From NCBI GenBank assembly GCA_964484505.1, contig CAZAFB010000004.1, positions 23,265 through 87,264 on the forward strand: 64,000 nt of DNA, given 5' to 3'. Positions within the stretch are counted from its first letter, which is position 1. Each line of letters begins with the position of its first letter. Source of the stretch: an uncultured Bdellovibrionales bacterium (GTDB taxonomy: Bacteria; Patescibacteriota; Minisyncoccia; Moranbacterales; GWC2-37-73). Under the pieces are notes generated by a model that saw only the letters and a program-made list of their open reading frames with translations, was not told where the DNA came from and made no database searches. The translations under genes and the position numbers were made by a program. This document shows, one piece after another, positions 55,485 through 64,000 of the stretch.

Positions 55485-56678
55485 ATGGCAGCAGAACAAT
55501 TCGTACGCAGCAAACCACACGTCAATGTGGGAACCATCGGACATGTTGACCACGGAAAGACCACTCTTACCGCGGCTATTTTGCATGGTCTGAGTCTCAA
55601 AGGTTTGGCCAAGGAAAAGAATGTCAATGAAATCGACAACGCACCGGAAGAAAGAGAGCGCGGAATCACCATTGCTACTTCCCACTGCGAATACGAATCA
55701 GACACTCGTCACTATGCACACGTAGACTGTCCAGGTCATGCTGACTATATCAAAAACATGATCACTGGTGCTGCTCAGATGGATGGTGCTATCCTCGTGG
55801 TTAGCGCAACTGACGGTCCTATGCCTCAGACTCGCGAGCACATCTTGCTTGCAAAGCAGGTCGGTGTTCCTTCAATCGTTGTTTTCATCAACAAAGTTGA
55901 CATGGTTGATGATCCTGAACTTATCGACTTGGTTGAAGCTGAAGTTCGCGAACTGCTTTCCAAATATGAATTCGACGGTGACAATGCCAAGGTTGTTCGC
56001 GGATCTGCCGTGAAAGCTTTGGAAGCTGGCAGCGCTGATGATGAAAGCGTAAAGTGTATCTATGAACTTATCGCAGGGTTGGATGAACAAATTCCTGAAC
56101 CTGTTCGTGAAGTTGACAAGCCGTTTTTGATGCCTATTGAAGATATTTTCTCAATCGAAGGTCGCGGAACCGTGGTTACTGGACGCATTGAACGCGGAAT
56201 AATCAACATCAACGAAGAGGTGGAAATCGTGGGACTTAAACCTACCACCAAAACCGTAGTTACCGGAATTGAAATGTTCAACAAGTCTCTTGACAAAGGA
56301 CAAGCTGGTGACAACGCAGGACTTTTGCTTCGCGGTGTTAAGAAAGAAGATGTTGAACGCGGTCAGGTTCTTGCTAAACCGGGTTCAATCACTCCTCATA
56401 CTGAATTTGAAGGGCAGATCTATATTTTGACCAAAGAGGAAGGTGGACGTCACACCCCATTCTTCAAAGGATACAAACCACAGTTCTACATCCGTACAAC
56501 CGATGTTACCGGTGAGGTTTTTCTTCCGGAAGGAACTGAAATGGTTATGCCTGGAGACACCATTAATTTGAACATCAAATTGATTGCTCCGGTTGCTATG
56601 GAAGATGGAATGCGCTTCGCTATCCGCGAAGGAGGACGTACAGTTGGTGCAGGTGCCGTAACTAAGATTATCAAATAG
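55485..56678 (+). CDS. tuf: elongation factor Tu
   Basis: [26 protein letters not shown]. Start set at [16 protein letters not shown] rather than the track's 55434. Confidence 0.95.
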   Translation: MAAEQFVRSKPHVNVGTIGHVDHGKTTLTAAILHGLSLKGLAKEKNVNEIDNAPEERERGITIATSHCEYESDTRHYAHVDCPGHADYIKNMITGAAQMDGAILVVSATDGPMPQTREHILLAKQVGVPSIVVFINKVDMVDDPELIDLVEAEVRELLSKYEFDGDNAKVVRGSAVKALEAGSADDESVKCIYELIAGLDEQIPEPVREVDKPFLMPIEDIFSIEGRGTVVTGRIERGIININEEVEIVGLKPTTKTVVTGIEMFNKSLDKGQAGDNAGLLLRGVKKEDVERGQVLAKPGSITPHTEFEGQIYILTKEEGGRHTPFFKGYKPQFYIRTTDVTGEVFLPEGTEMVMPGDTINLNIKLIAPVAMEDGMRFAIREGGRTVGAGAVTKIIK

Positions 56679-56775
56679 TTTCAGTTTACTATGCAAGCAT
56701 GCTCCAAGCGTGCTTGCTTGTGTTCACTGAATCACTAGATAAGTTAATTAAATTTCATTTATAATTTAGACAGCG

Positions 56776-57105
56776 ATGGCAGCTAAAAAACCAGAAACAA
56801 CATCGACGAGAATCAGGATTAAGATCAAAGCATATGACAATAAAGTCATTGATCAATCCGCAAGAAAGATCGTTGAAACTGCGGAACGCAGCGGAGCGAA
56901 AATAACCGGTCCGGTGCCGCTTCCTACGGAAATTCATAAAGTGACGGTGAACAAGTCAACTTTTGTGCATAAGGATGCTCGTGAGCAATATGAGATGCGC
57001 GTACACAAGCGTTTGATCGATATCACTGATCCTAGCGCAAAGACGATTGAAAACCTGACTAGCTTGGATTTGCCAGCAGGTGTTGACGTGGAAATCAAGA
57101 TGTGA
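56776..57105 (+). CDS. rpsJ: 30S ribosomal protein S10
   Basis: IRIKIKAYD...GPVPLPT signature. Confidence 0.9.
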   Translation: MAAKKPETTSTRIRIKIKAYDNKVIDQSARKIVETAERSGAKITGPVPLPTEIHKVTVNKSTFVHKDAREQYEMRVHKRLIDITDPSAKTIENLTSLDLPAGVDVEIKM

Positions 57106-57283
57106 TAATATTAATCACGGATCGACGCGAATTAAGTCCCGAATATTCTCGAATGGCATGTATGGGTTTATTAGAGATTGTTAGAGATAAATTTGTGTAG
57201 ATTAGAGATTTATATCACTGGTTAAAGTCCTGTCGCTTGCGAGTAACGGGATACTCAACTAGCCAAACGCGAAATTTTTCGCG

Positions 57284-57309
57284 GGTCTGGCTGCAGGGCC
57301 AGATTTTTT
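57284..57309 (+). terminator. intrinsic terminator between rpsJ and rplC
   Basis: TCTGGC-tgcagg-GCCAGA plus T6; preceded by the palindrome CGCGAAATTTTTCGCG (57268-57283). Confidence 0.6.
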
Positions 57310-57370
57310 ATACCCTACGAATTACGAATCAGTTACGAATTTACAAATTACGAATAATTGAAATAAGACG

Positions 57371-57934
57371 ATGAGCAAATTTATTTTAGGTAAGAAAATA
57401 GGAATGACTACCATCTATGATGGGGAGAAAGGAGCTTTGAATGTGACTCTCATTTCATGCGAGCCCAACAAAGTATCTTGCGTCCGTAGCACTGAAAAAG
57501 ATGGTTATGCGGCGATGCAGTTGGAGCTTTCTAAGACTAAAAATAAAACTCATCGCAAAGAGTTCCGTATTGAGGAATCTGAAGCGAAGAATGCTGGTGA
57601 TTTGGTAACGATTGAAGCGTTTGCGATTGGAGATAAAGTAAAGGTTTCAGGAATAACCAAAGCTAAAGGTTTCCAAGGTGTTGTGAAAAGACATGGTTTC
57701 AAGGGAGCTCCCAAAACACATGGTCACAAACATGACCTTCGTGCTCCTGGTTCGATCGGAGCCCAGCAGCCTCAGCATGTTATCAAAGGAAAGAGAATGG
57801 CCGGAAGAATGGGAGGAACTCGCAGCTCAGTAAAGAATCTCAAGATTGCATATTTGGATATTGAAAAGAATATTATCGGAGTGCAAGGTGCGGTTCCGGG
57901 AGTAGCAGGGAGAATCGTAGAGATCTGTGGATAG
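57371..57934 (+). CDS. rplC: 50S ribosomal protein L3
   Basis: L3 family sequence. Confidence 0.9.
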   Translation: MSKFILGKKIGMTTIYDGEKGALNVTLISCEPNKVSCVRSTEKDGYAAMQLELSKTKNKTHRKEFRIEESEAKNAGDLVTIEAFAIGDKVKVSGITKAKGFQGVVKRHGFKGAPKTHGHKHDLRAPGSIGAQQPQHVIKGKRMAGRMGGTRSSVKNLKIAYLDIEKNIIGVQGAVPGVAGRIVEICG

Positions 57935-57937
57935 AAA

Positions 57938-58040
57938 TCGCGAATCGACACGAATATAGTCTCGAATAATCGCGAATGAAATGCGTCATTAGAGATTATT
58001 AGTGATAAATTAGAGTAAATTAGAGATTTATACCATCATT
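57938..58040 (+). repeat. intergenic phased-repeat element: CGAAT x4 (57941, 57951, 57963, 57973) then TTAG(A/T)G(A/T)T x4 (57989, 57999, 58010, 58020), ending TTTATACCATCATT-ATG
   Basis: Unit spacing 10-12 bp; same architecture recurs in at least 10 other spacers. Confidence 0.85.
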
Positions 58041-58670
58041 ATGGCTAAGGTAACCGTCTACAATACAACAGGAAAGAAAGTGGAGGATATGGAATTGTCC
58101 GATAATGTTTTTGGACAAAAATCCAACAACGATCTGCTTCATCAAGTATATGTTGCTATTTCAGCAAATCGTCGCCAAGTGCTTGCGCACACCAAAGGAG
58201 TTGGCGAGCGCGCCGGATCGGGCAAAAAGCCTTGGAGACAGAAAGGAACTGGCAATGCCCGCGTAGGACAAAAAAGAAATCCGATTTGGCGTGGAGGTGG
58301 AATTTCCATGGGACCGACAAGTGACAGGAATTTCAGCAAGGATGTAAACAAAAAAATGCGTCAAAAGGCTGTCATGGTTGCGCTTAGTGAAAAAGTGCGC
58401 AGTGGTAATCTGATTGTGGTAGATAAGCTGATACTGAATGAGAAGAAGACCAAGGAATTTGCGCAGGTTCTCAAGAATCTTAAAGTTTCTGGAAAAGTTT
58501 TGGTTGCTTTCGAAGAAACTGAAAGAGAACTCATGAAGGCATCACGTAATATTGAAACGGTAAAGAATATCAGTACGAAAAATTTGAATGTTTTCGATAT
58601 GCTTAATTCCAAGAATATCTTGGTAAGCCTTGCGTCAGTAAAGTTATTAGAAGAGAAGTTTGCTAAATAA
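58041..58670 (+). CDS. rplD: 50S ribosomal protein L4
   Basis: L4 family sequence. Confidence 0.9.
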   Translation: MAKVTVYNTTGKKVEDMELSDNVFGQKSNNDLLHQVYVAISANRRQVLAHTKGVGERAGSGKKPWRQKGTGNARVGQKRNPIWRGGGISMGPTSDRNFSKDVNKKMRQKAVMVALSEKVRSGNLIVVDKLILNEKKTKEFAQVLKNLKVSGKVLVAFEETERELMKASRNIETVKNISTKNLNVFDMLNSKNILVSLASVKLLEEKFAK

Positions 58671-58702
58671 AGATTTCCTGATAATTTCAAGATATAATAG
58701 TT

Positions 58703-59050
58703 ATGGCTCCAAAAGTTGAAAAATCCAAAAAGAAGAAAGATGCCGCGGAGGCTTTTCAGAGCGCTGAGGTTGCGTATCGTGTTCTTGTTGAACCGTGGAT
58801 AACCGAAAAAACTCATGCTGGATCGGCAATAGGCAAATATTCTTTCAAGGTAACTTCCAAAGCTACCAAGAAAGAAGTTGCCGAGGCTATTGCAGGAATG
58901 TATGGAATTACCGTTACGGGAGTAAATATGATTACGGTAAAGAAGAAAAAGAAAAGCTATGGCAGATATGAAGGAGCTAAGGCTGGATATAAAAAGGCTA
59001 CAGTGACTCTGAAGGAAGGAGAATCAATAACATTTTTTGAAGGAGTGTAG
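58703..59050 (+). CDS. rplW: 50S ribosomal protein L23
   Basis: L23 family sequence. Confidence 0.85.
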   Translation: MAPKVEKSKKKKDAAEAFQSAEVAYRVLVEPWITEKTHAGSAIGKYSFKVTSKATKKEVAEAIAGMYGITVTGVNMITVKKKKKSYGRYEGAKAGYKKATVTLKEGESITFFEGV

Positions 59051-59158
59051 GGATTTAAATCGCGAATCGACACGAATTAGTCTCGAATAATCGCGAATAG
59101 AATGCAAAATTAGAGATTATTAGAGATAAATTAGCGTAAATTAGAGATTTATACCATT
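59051..59158 (+). repeat. intergenic phased-repeat element
   Basis: AATCGCGAATCGACACGAATTAGTCTCGAATAATCGCGAAT then ATTAGAGATTATTAGAGATAAATTAGCGTAAATTAGAGATTTATACC. Confidence 0.85.
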
Positions 59159-59992
59159 ATGGCGATTAAAGTATACAAACGAAATACTGCTGGACGAAGG
59201 AACATGTCCATTGTAAAAGCTGATGAGCTTACGGATAAGAAGCCTGAGAAAGCTTTGCTTTCCAAGCTCACCAAAAAATCCGGTCGCAGCAACGGAAAGA
59301 TTTCCGTGCGTCATCATGGAGGTGGGCATAAGCGTCGTTATCGTGCGGTTGATTTTCGCCAGGACAAATTTGATATACCGGGCAAGATTGAGGCTATCGA
59401 AAGAGATCCGAATCGCAGCTCGTTGATTGCTTTGGTTGTTTACCGCGATGGAGAGAAAAGATATGTTTTGGCGTCGGCAGGAATGAAAGCTGGCGTGGAA
59501 ATAATTGCTGGACCGAATGTACCAATCAAAGAAGGAAACAGGACTGAGCTTAAGAATATTCCTGTAGGAACGATTGTTTCCAATGTCGAAGTTACCTTTG
59601 GCAAGGGTGGACAGATCGTACGTAGTGCCGGAAGCGGAGCAATGCTTATGGCTGTTGATGAAAAGATGGCACAGCTAAAAATGCCATCCGGAGAAATTAG
59701 GCTAGTGAAATGCATTTGTTATGCTACAATTGGACAGGTGAGCAATTTTGAACATAACGCAGAAAAGCTCGGAAAGGCTGGTAGAAACAGATGGAAAGGT
59801 GTACGCCCGGGAGTGAGGGGAAGTGCGATGAATCCGGTTGATCATCCACATGGAGGAGGAGAAGGACGTCAGCCGATTGGTTTGAAATATCCAAAAACTC
59901 CTTGGGGCAAACCTGCCCTTGGCAAGAAAACCCGCAAGAAGTCGAAATATAGTGATAAATTTATTGTTAAGAGGAGAACTAAAAAGAAATAA
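59159..59992 (+). CDS. rplB: 50S ribosomal protein L2
   Basis: L2 family sequence. Confidence 0.95.
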   Translation: MAIKVYKRNTAGRRNMSIVKADELTDKKPEKALLSKLTKKSGRSNGKISVRHHGGGHKRRYRAVDFRQDKFDIPGKIEAIERDPNRSSLIALVVYRDGEKRYVLASAGMKAGVEIIAGPNVPIKEGNRTELKNIPVGTIVSNVEVTFGKGGQIVRSAGSGAMLMAVDEKMAQLKMPSGEIRLVKCICYATIGQVSNFEHNAEKLGKAGRNRWKGVRPGVRGSAMNPVDHPHGGGEGRQPIGLKYPKTPWGKPALGKKTRKKSKYSDKFIVKRRTKKK

Positions 59993-60085
59993 CAGAATTA
60001 ACATAGAAGAAAACAGAATAGCACAGATACACAGAATTTTTCTGTGTCGTTCCGTAAATTTCTGTGTAGTTCTGTGATAGTAATT
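59992..60085 (+). repeat. dyad repeat array: ACAGAAT direct repeats followed by TTCTGTG inverted copies, with a perfect 8-bp palindrome ACACAGAA-ttt-TTCTGTGT at 60029-60047
   Basis: Direct reading; differs from the common spacer element. Confidence 0.8.
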
Positions 60086-60430
60086 ATGGCTAGGAGTCTG
60101 AAAAAAGGACCATACGTGGACGAAAGAGTTATCAAGAAGGTTGTTGATAGCAAGCCGGGTGAAAAGACCATCAAAACATGGTCACGCGCCTGTACTATCA
60201 CTCCGGAAATGATCGGCTTTACTTTCGGTGTGCATAATGGGAAAGAATTTATTTCTGTATATGTCACTGAAGAAATGGTCGGTCATCGTTTGGGAGAATT
60301 TTCTCCTACGCGCAAATTCTTGAGACACGGAGGTAAGATGCAGAAAGAAATTGAACAGGCAGCCAAGCAAAAATCTTTGGATGCAGCGAAAGCAGCCAAA
60401 GCTGACACAGGAAAGGGAAAAAAGAAATAA
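60086..60430 (+). CDS. rpsS: 30S ribosomal protein S19 with a Lys/Ala-rich C-terminal extension
   Basis: [12 protein letters not shown]...GHRLGEF signature. Start at 60086, not the track's 60044. Confidence 0.9.
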   Translation: MARSLKKGPYVDERVIKKVVDSKPGEKTIKTWSRACTITPEMIGFTFGVHNGKEFISVYVTEEMVGHRLGEFSPTRKFLRHGGKMQKEIEQAAKQKSLDAAKAAKADTGKGKKK

Positions 60431-60508
60431 GGATTTAAATCGCGAATCGAATGCAAGAATTAGAGATTATTAGGGATAAATTAGCGTAAATTAGAGATTT
60501 ATACCATT
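60431..60508 (+). repeat. intergenic phased-repeat element (shortened module A)
   Basis: AATCGCGAATCGAATGC then TTAGAGAT-type array. Confidence 0.8.
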
Positions 60509-61084
60509 ATGAAAGTTAACGCAACACTGAAAAATTTGAGAATATCTCCGCGCAAAGTGCGCTTAGTGGCTGATTCTATCAAGGGAATGAATGCTTCTGC
60601 TGCTATTGCTCATGTCCACAAGACAATAAAGCGTTCAAGCGATGACATTGAAAAACTCATCCGCAGCGCGGTGGCTAATGCGGAAAATAATTTTGGTTTG
60701 GATGGTGACAACATGTACATCTCGGATATTCAGGTTGGCGAAGGGCCAAGCATGAAACGTTGGTTGCCCAGAGCTCACGGAAGAGCAACTTCGCTCATTA
60801 AGCGTACCTCGCATGTGTATCTGGAGCTTGATGAAAGGGAAGAAGGTAAAAACCGCAAGTCGTCTGAGCAACTCCAGAAAGAGAAAGAAGAAAGAGCAAA
60901 AGCCAAGGCTGAAGCCATCAAGGAATTGGAAGAGGAAATGAAAGCCGCGGAGGAATCCGAAGATGAAGTGCATGATGAAAAGGAATTGAAAGAGCAGAAA
61001 GTGAAAAAGGAAACTGCAAAGACAGAACAGAAGGGTCAAGACAAAGGATGGAAGGGCAAGATATTTCAGCGCAAATCCGTGTAA
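60509..61084 (+). CDS. rplV: 50S ribosomal protein L22 with an ~80-aa Lys/Glu-rich C-terminal extension
   Basis: L22 core followed by a low-complexity K/E tail. Confidence 0.9.
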   Translation: MKVNATLKNLRISPRKVRLVADSIKGMNASAAIAHVHKTIKRSSDDIEKLIRSAVANAENNFGLDGDNMYISDIQVGEGPSMKRWLPRAHGRATSLIKRTSHVYLELDEREEGKNRKSSEQLQKEKEERAKAKAEAIKELEEEMKAAEESEDEVHDEKELKEQKVKKETAKTEQKGQDKGWKGKIFQRKSV

Positions 61085-61181
61085 ATAATTCACGAATCGA
61101 CACGAATTTGTTCTCGAATAATCACGAATTTATTAGAGATAATTAGCGATAAATTAGTGTAAATTAGCGATTTATAAAATT
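61085..61181 (+). repeat. intergenic phased-repeat element
   Basis: CACGAATCGACACGAAT...CTCGAATAATCACGAAT then TTAGAGAT/TTAGCGAT/TTAGTGTA/TTAGCGAT. Confidence 0.8.
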
Positions 61182-61835
61182 ATGGGACATAAGGTAAATC
61201 CAACAGGACTCAGAATTGGAATCACGACGACTTGGAAGTCGCGCTGGTTTTCCGATAAGGATTATGCAAAAAAGTTGCGCGAAGACACGCTAATCCGCCA
61301 AGCTATAGCGAAGAAGTGGAAAAATGCAGCGATTGCTGATGTGGAAGTGGAACGTAGTGCCAATACGATTAAATTGATCATCAAGACATCCCGTCCAGGC
61401 GTACTCATAGGTCGCGGAGGAACGGGAATTGAAGATATTTCCGCTTTCGTCAAGAAGAATTTTTTCGCCAATCGAAAAGTTGATCTGAAAATTGAAGCGC
61501 AGGAAGTGAAACAATTCGAAGAAAATGCCTCGTTGGTAGCCCAAAATGTTGCCGAGCAGTTGGAAAAGCGTATGCCTTTCCGCAGAGTGCTCAAATCAAC
61601 CCTGGACCAAGTGGAAAAAAATAGGAATGTGAAAGGTGTGAAGATTGAGGTTTCTGGACGTTTGGGAGGAGCGGAAATGTCTCGAAGAGAATGGTTATCT
61701 CGCGGCACGGTGCCTCTGCACACATTGCGTGCCGACATTGATTTCTCGAAAGCGACCGCGTTTACCACATATGGAGCTATCGGAGTGAAAGTTTGGATAT
61801 ATAAAGGAGAAGTATTTGATGATAAAAATCTCTAA
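61182..61835 (+). CDS. rpsC: 30S ribosomal protein S3
   Basis: MGHKVNPTGLRIG signature. Confidence 0.95.
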   Translation: MGHKVNPTGLRIGITTTWKSRWFSDKDYAKKLREDTLIRQAIAKKWKNAAIADVEVERSANTIKLIIKTSRPGVLIGRGGTGIEDISAFVKKNFFANRKVDLKIEAQEVKQFEENASLVAQNVAEQLEKRMPFRRVLKSTLDQVEKNRNVKGVKIEVSGRLGGAEMSRREWLSRGTVPLHTLRADIDFSKATAFTTYGAIGVKVWIYKGEVFDDKNL

Positions 61836-61922
61836 TCATCTCGAATTGAATCACGAATGATCACAAATATATTAGAGATAATTAGCGATAAATTAGTGTA
61901 GATTAGTGATTTATACAATAAT
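61836..61922 (+). repeat. intergenic phased-repeat element
   Basis: CGAAT-type then TTAGNGAT-type arrays. Confidence 0.8.
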
Positions 61923-62336
61923 ATGTTGATGCCAAAGAAAGTAAAACATAGAAAGATCCATCGCGGTGGAGCTATCCGCGGGGTTGCAACCAAGGGTACC
62001 GAGGTAAGTTTTGGAAGCTTCGGTCTCAAAGCAACTTCCTCCGGGCTTATTTCCGCGAGGCAGATCGAAGCCGCTAGACGCGCGATGACTAGATATATCA
62101 AGCGTGGTGGCAAAATCTGGATCCGTATTTTCCCAGACAAGCCGATGACTAAGAAGGGTGATGATGTGCCTATGGGTAAAGGAAAAGGAAGTGTGGATCA
62201 TTATGTGGCCAAAACTAAGCAAGGAAGAATGCTTTTTGAAATGGATGGTGTGGCTGAAGACGTAGCGCGTGAAGCGATGAGATTGGCAGCATATAAATTG
62301 AGCGTAAAGACTAAGTTTGTGGTAAGAGAGAAATAG
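61923..62336 (+). CDS. rplP: 50S ribosomal protein L16
   Basis: L16 family sequence. Confidence 0.9.
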   Translation: MLMPKKVKHRKIHRGGAIRGVATKGTEVSFGSFGLKATSSGLISARQIEAARRAMTRYIKRGGKIWIRIFPDKPMTKKGDDVPMGKGKGSVDHYVAKTKQGRMLFEMDGVAEDVAREAMRLAAYKLSVKTKFVVREK

Positions 62337-62445
62337 CTGACATAAATCGCGAATCGGCACTAATAAAGTCTCGAATAGTCGCGAATAAAATTCATTAGAG
62401 ATTATTAGTGATAAATTAGTGTTGATTAGTGATTTATATAATTAT
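62337..62445 (+). repeat. intergenic phased-repeat element
   Basis: AATCGCGAATCGGCAC...CTCGAATAGTCGCGAAT then TTAGAGAT/TTAGTGAT/TTAGTGTT/TTAGTGAT. Confidence 0.8.
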
Positions 62446-62634
62446 ATGAAAGTAGGACAACTTAGAGATATGACAGTGGACGAACTTAAGAAGTTTGTCG
62501 ACGAGCAGAGATCCGGCGCAGTGAAAATGCGTTTTGCGATCGCTTCCCGTCAGGAGAAGGATCACAGGCAATATCGTCGTACTCGCAGGACGATCGCTCG
62601 TGCACTTACCATACTTAAAGAAAAGGATAAATAA
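62446..62634 (+). CDS. rpmC: 50S ribosomal protein L29
   Basis: MKVGQLRDMTVDELKK signature. Start at 62446, not the track's 62419. Confidence 0.85.
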   Translation: MKVGQLRDMTVDELKKFVDEQRSGAVKMRFAIASRQEKDHRQYRRTRRTIARALTILKEKDK

Positions 62635-62635
62635 T

Positions 62636-62866
62636 ATGGAGAAAAAAGTAGCGAAAATGAAGGGGATTGTGGTTAGCGATGCGATGGATAAAACCATTAT
62701 AGTAGCTGTCCAAACTCTTAAAACCCATCCGAAATACTTGAAAAAATATCGCTCGACCAAGAAATACAAGGTTCATGACGAGGATAATAAATTCAAGAAG
62801 GGGGATGCAGTTGAATTCATTCAATGCCGCCCAATTAGCAAGGATAAGAGGTTTAAAATAGCGTAG
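62636..62866 (+). CDS. rpsQ: 30S ribosomal protein S17
   Basis: KGIVVSDAMDKTIIVAV...KYKVHDE signature; starts 1 nt after the rpmC stop. Confidence 0.85.
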   Translation: MEKKVAKMKGIVVSDAMDKTIIVAVQTLKTHPKYLKKYRSTKKYKVHDEDNKFKKGDAVEFIQCRPISKDKRFKIA

Positions 62867-62979
62867 TATAGAAATCGCGAATCGACACGAATAAAGTCTC
62901 GAATAATCGCGAATGGCGCGAGTGAATTTATTAGAGATTATTAGTGATAAATTAGTGTAGATTAGAGATTTAAATCATT
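62867..62979 (+). repeat. intergenic phased-repeat element
   Basis: AATCGCGAATCGACACGAATAAAGTCTCGAATAATCGCGAAT then TTAGAGAT-type array. Confidence 0.85.
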
Positions 62980-63345
62980 ATGATTCAAGCAGAGACAAAA
63001 TTGAAAGTTGCCGATAATTCCGGAGCGAAAGTAATCGAGTGTTTTAAGGTGCTCGGAGGAACACGTAGGAGATATGCATCGATCGGTGATATTATTGTCG
63101 CATCAGTAAAATCAGCCGAACCTCGCGGAATGGTGAAAAAAGGCGATAAAGTGAAAGCGGTGATTGTTCGCCAAGCCAAAGCGCTTCGCAGAAAGGATGG
63201 TTCGCTGATCAGATTTGATGAAAATGCTGCTGTGATTGTGGATGGCAAAGAGCCGAAAGGAACACGTATTTTCGGACCAGTAGCCAGAGAATTGCGTGAA
63301 AAAGGTTTTAATAAGATTGTTTCATTGGCCCCGGAAGTTTTGTAA
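62980..63345 (+). CDS. rplN: 50S ribosomal protein L14
   Basis: [17 protein letters not shown] signature. Confidence 0.95.
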   Translation: MIQAETKLKVADNSGAKVIECFKVLGGTRRRYASIGDIIVASVKSAEPRGMVKKGDKVKAVIVRQAKALRRKDGSLIRFDENAAVIVDGKEPKGTRIFGPVARELREKGFNKIVSLAPEVL

Positions 63346-63475
63346 GACGCGAATTTTTACGAATTAAGAACGAATTTGCACGAATGTGTAATAAATAGCA
63401 AGTGAATATTTTTTAAGGAAACAACTGAATACGGGTTCGTACATTCGTACCAATTCGTAATTCGTAGAGAAAGTC
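63346..63475 (+). repeat. variant intergenic repeat element (ACGAAT direct copies then ATTCGTA inverted copies)
   Basis: GACGCGAATTTTTACGAATTAAGAACGAATTTGCACGAAT ... GTTCGTACATTCGTACCAATTCGTAATTCGTAG. Confidence 0.75.
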
Positions 63476-63781
63476 ATGAGGATTAAAAAAGGAGATCAGG
63501 TACAAATAATCGCCGGAAAGGACAAGGGCAAAAAAGGCAAAGTGCTGCGCACCCTGCCTAGCGTTGAGAAGATAGTCGTGGAAGGTTTGAATATGATGAA
63601 AAAGCACGTTCGCCCGAGGCGTGAGCGCGAACAAGGGCAGAGAGTGGAGATCGCCGCTCCGATGCCTGTTTCCAACGTGATGTTGATTTGCCCAAGTTGC
63701 GGCAAAATGACCCGTGTTGGTTATGCGGTGACCAAGCAGCGCAAATCCCGCGTGTGCAAGAAATGCAATAAGGAATTTTAA
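63476..63781 (+). CDS. rplX: 50S ribosomal protein L24 with a C-terminal CxxC...CxxC Zn-ribbon extension
   Basis: KKGDQVQIIAGKDKGK KOW motif; tail CPSCGKMTRVGYAVTKQRKSRVCKKC. Confidence 0.9.
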   Translation: MRIKKGDQVQIIAGKDKGKKGKVLRTLPSVEKIVVEGLNMMKKHVRPRREREQGQRVEIAAPMPVSNVMLICPSCGKMTRVGYAVTKQRKSRVCKKCNKEF

Positions 63782-63798
63782 TTCGATTTGATCGTTTA

Positions 63799-64000
63799 AT
63801 GAGTATGAACGTAGTTTCAACAAAAGAGAAATATGCCAAGTCAGTTGTGAGTCACATGATGGAGACTTTCAAATATGACAGCGTGATGTCTGTTCCGAAA
63901 ATCGAGAAAGTTGTTGTTAATGTAGGAATTGGCAAGATCCTCAAGGAAGGCGATCGTATCGACGAAATCGTTGAGGGACTTCGCGCCATCACCGGACAAC
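63799..64000 (+). CDS. rplE: 50S ribosomal protein L5 (3'-truncated by the window end)
   Basis: MSMNVVSTKEKYAKSVVSHMMETFKYDSVMSVPKIEKVVVNVGIG. Confidence 0.85.
   Translation, partial: MSMNVVSTKEKYAKSVVSHMMETFKYDSVMSVPKIEKVVVNVGIGKILKEGDRIDEIVEGLRAITGQ

Noticed and set aside
56776-57105. Alternative genetic code (UGA recoding as in some CPR lineages)
   Set aside because: TGA terminates rpsJ at its conserved C-terminus (…VEIKM) and other genes, and no conserved gene is interrupted by in-frame TGA.

Overview
This 64 kb window comes from a low-GC (~40%) bacterial genome that is small-genome and Patescibacteria/CPR-like in character; that assignment is an inference. The evidence for it is that housekeeping genes mostly lack Shine-Dalgarno sequences, AspRS is archaeal-type, ProRS lacks the editing domain, and several ribosomal proteins carry lineage-specific extensions. 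Almost all genes are on the + strand. From left to right the window contains: proS, an ABC-2 transporter (ATPase plus two permeases), ispH, a tandem-REC response regulator, archaeal-type aspS, an MFS transporter, scpA/scpB, a D-Ala-D-Ala carboxypeptidase, mraY, pgk, eno, a PfkB kinase, an ftsA-like gene followed by a 628-aa single-pass membrane protein, an anaerobic ribonucleotide reductase locus (nrdR, nrdD, a free-standing NrdD C-terminal glycyl-radical module, nrdG), ApbE plus a ferric-reductase-like heme membrane protein, a split comEC, ndk, a small island of SD-led ORFs with an attenuator, a nested tRNA locus (tRNA-Pro(GGG) inside an inverted repeat and apparently inside a second tRNA-like gene), NUDIX, transglutaminase-like, YgjP, a PolB-exo-like exonuclease, a secreted CHAP hydrolase, rpmB (minus strand, absent from the ORF track), an M50 protease, and then the str/S10/spc ribosomal cluster (rpsL, rpsG, fusA ... 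tuf, rpsJ, rplC, rplD, rplW, rplB, rpsS, rplV, rpsC, rplP, rpmC, rpsQ, rplN, rplX, rplE partial). fusA and tuf are separated by about 10.7 kb of accessory genes: a DinD-like cassette flanked by twin hairpins, DUF5320, a CDF/DUF134/DUF457 operon, a PUR-alpha-like gene, recQ, and a higher-GC three-gene island (HD, 210 aa, 453 aa) driven by duplicated sigma70 promoter and terminator modules. The most unusual signals are: (1) the extra NrdD glycyl-radical/Zn-ribbon module; (2) the nested tRNA arrangement; (3) a pervasive intergenic element made of two arrays of about four short repeats each phased at about 10.5 bp (CGAAT-type then TTAG(A/T/C)GAT-type), sitting directly upstream of nearly every ribosomal protein gene and many other genes; (4) the duplicated-module island upstream of tuf. 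No rRNA genes or CRISPR arrays were found.
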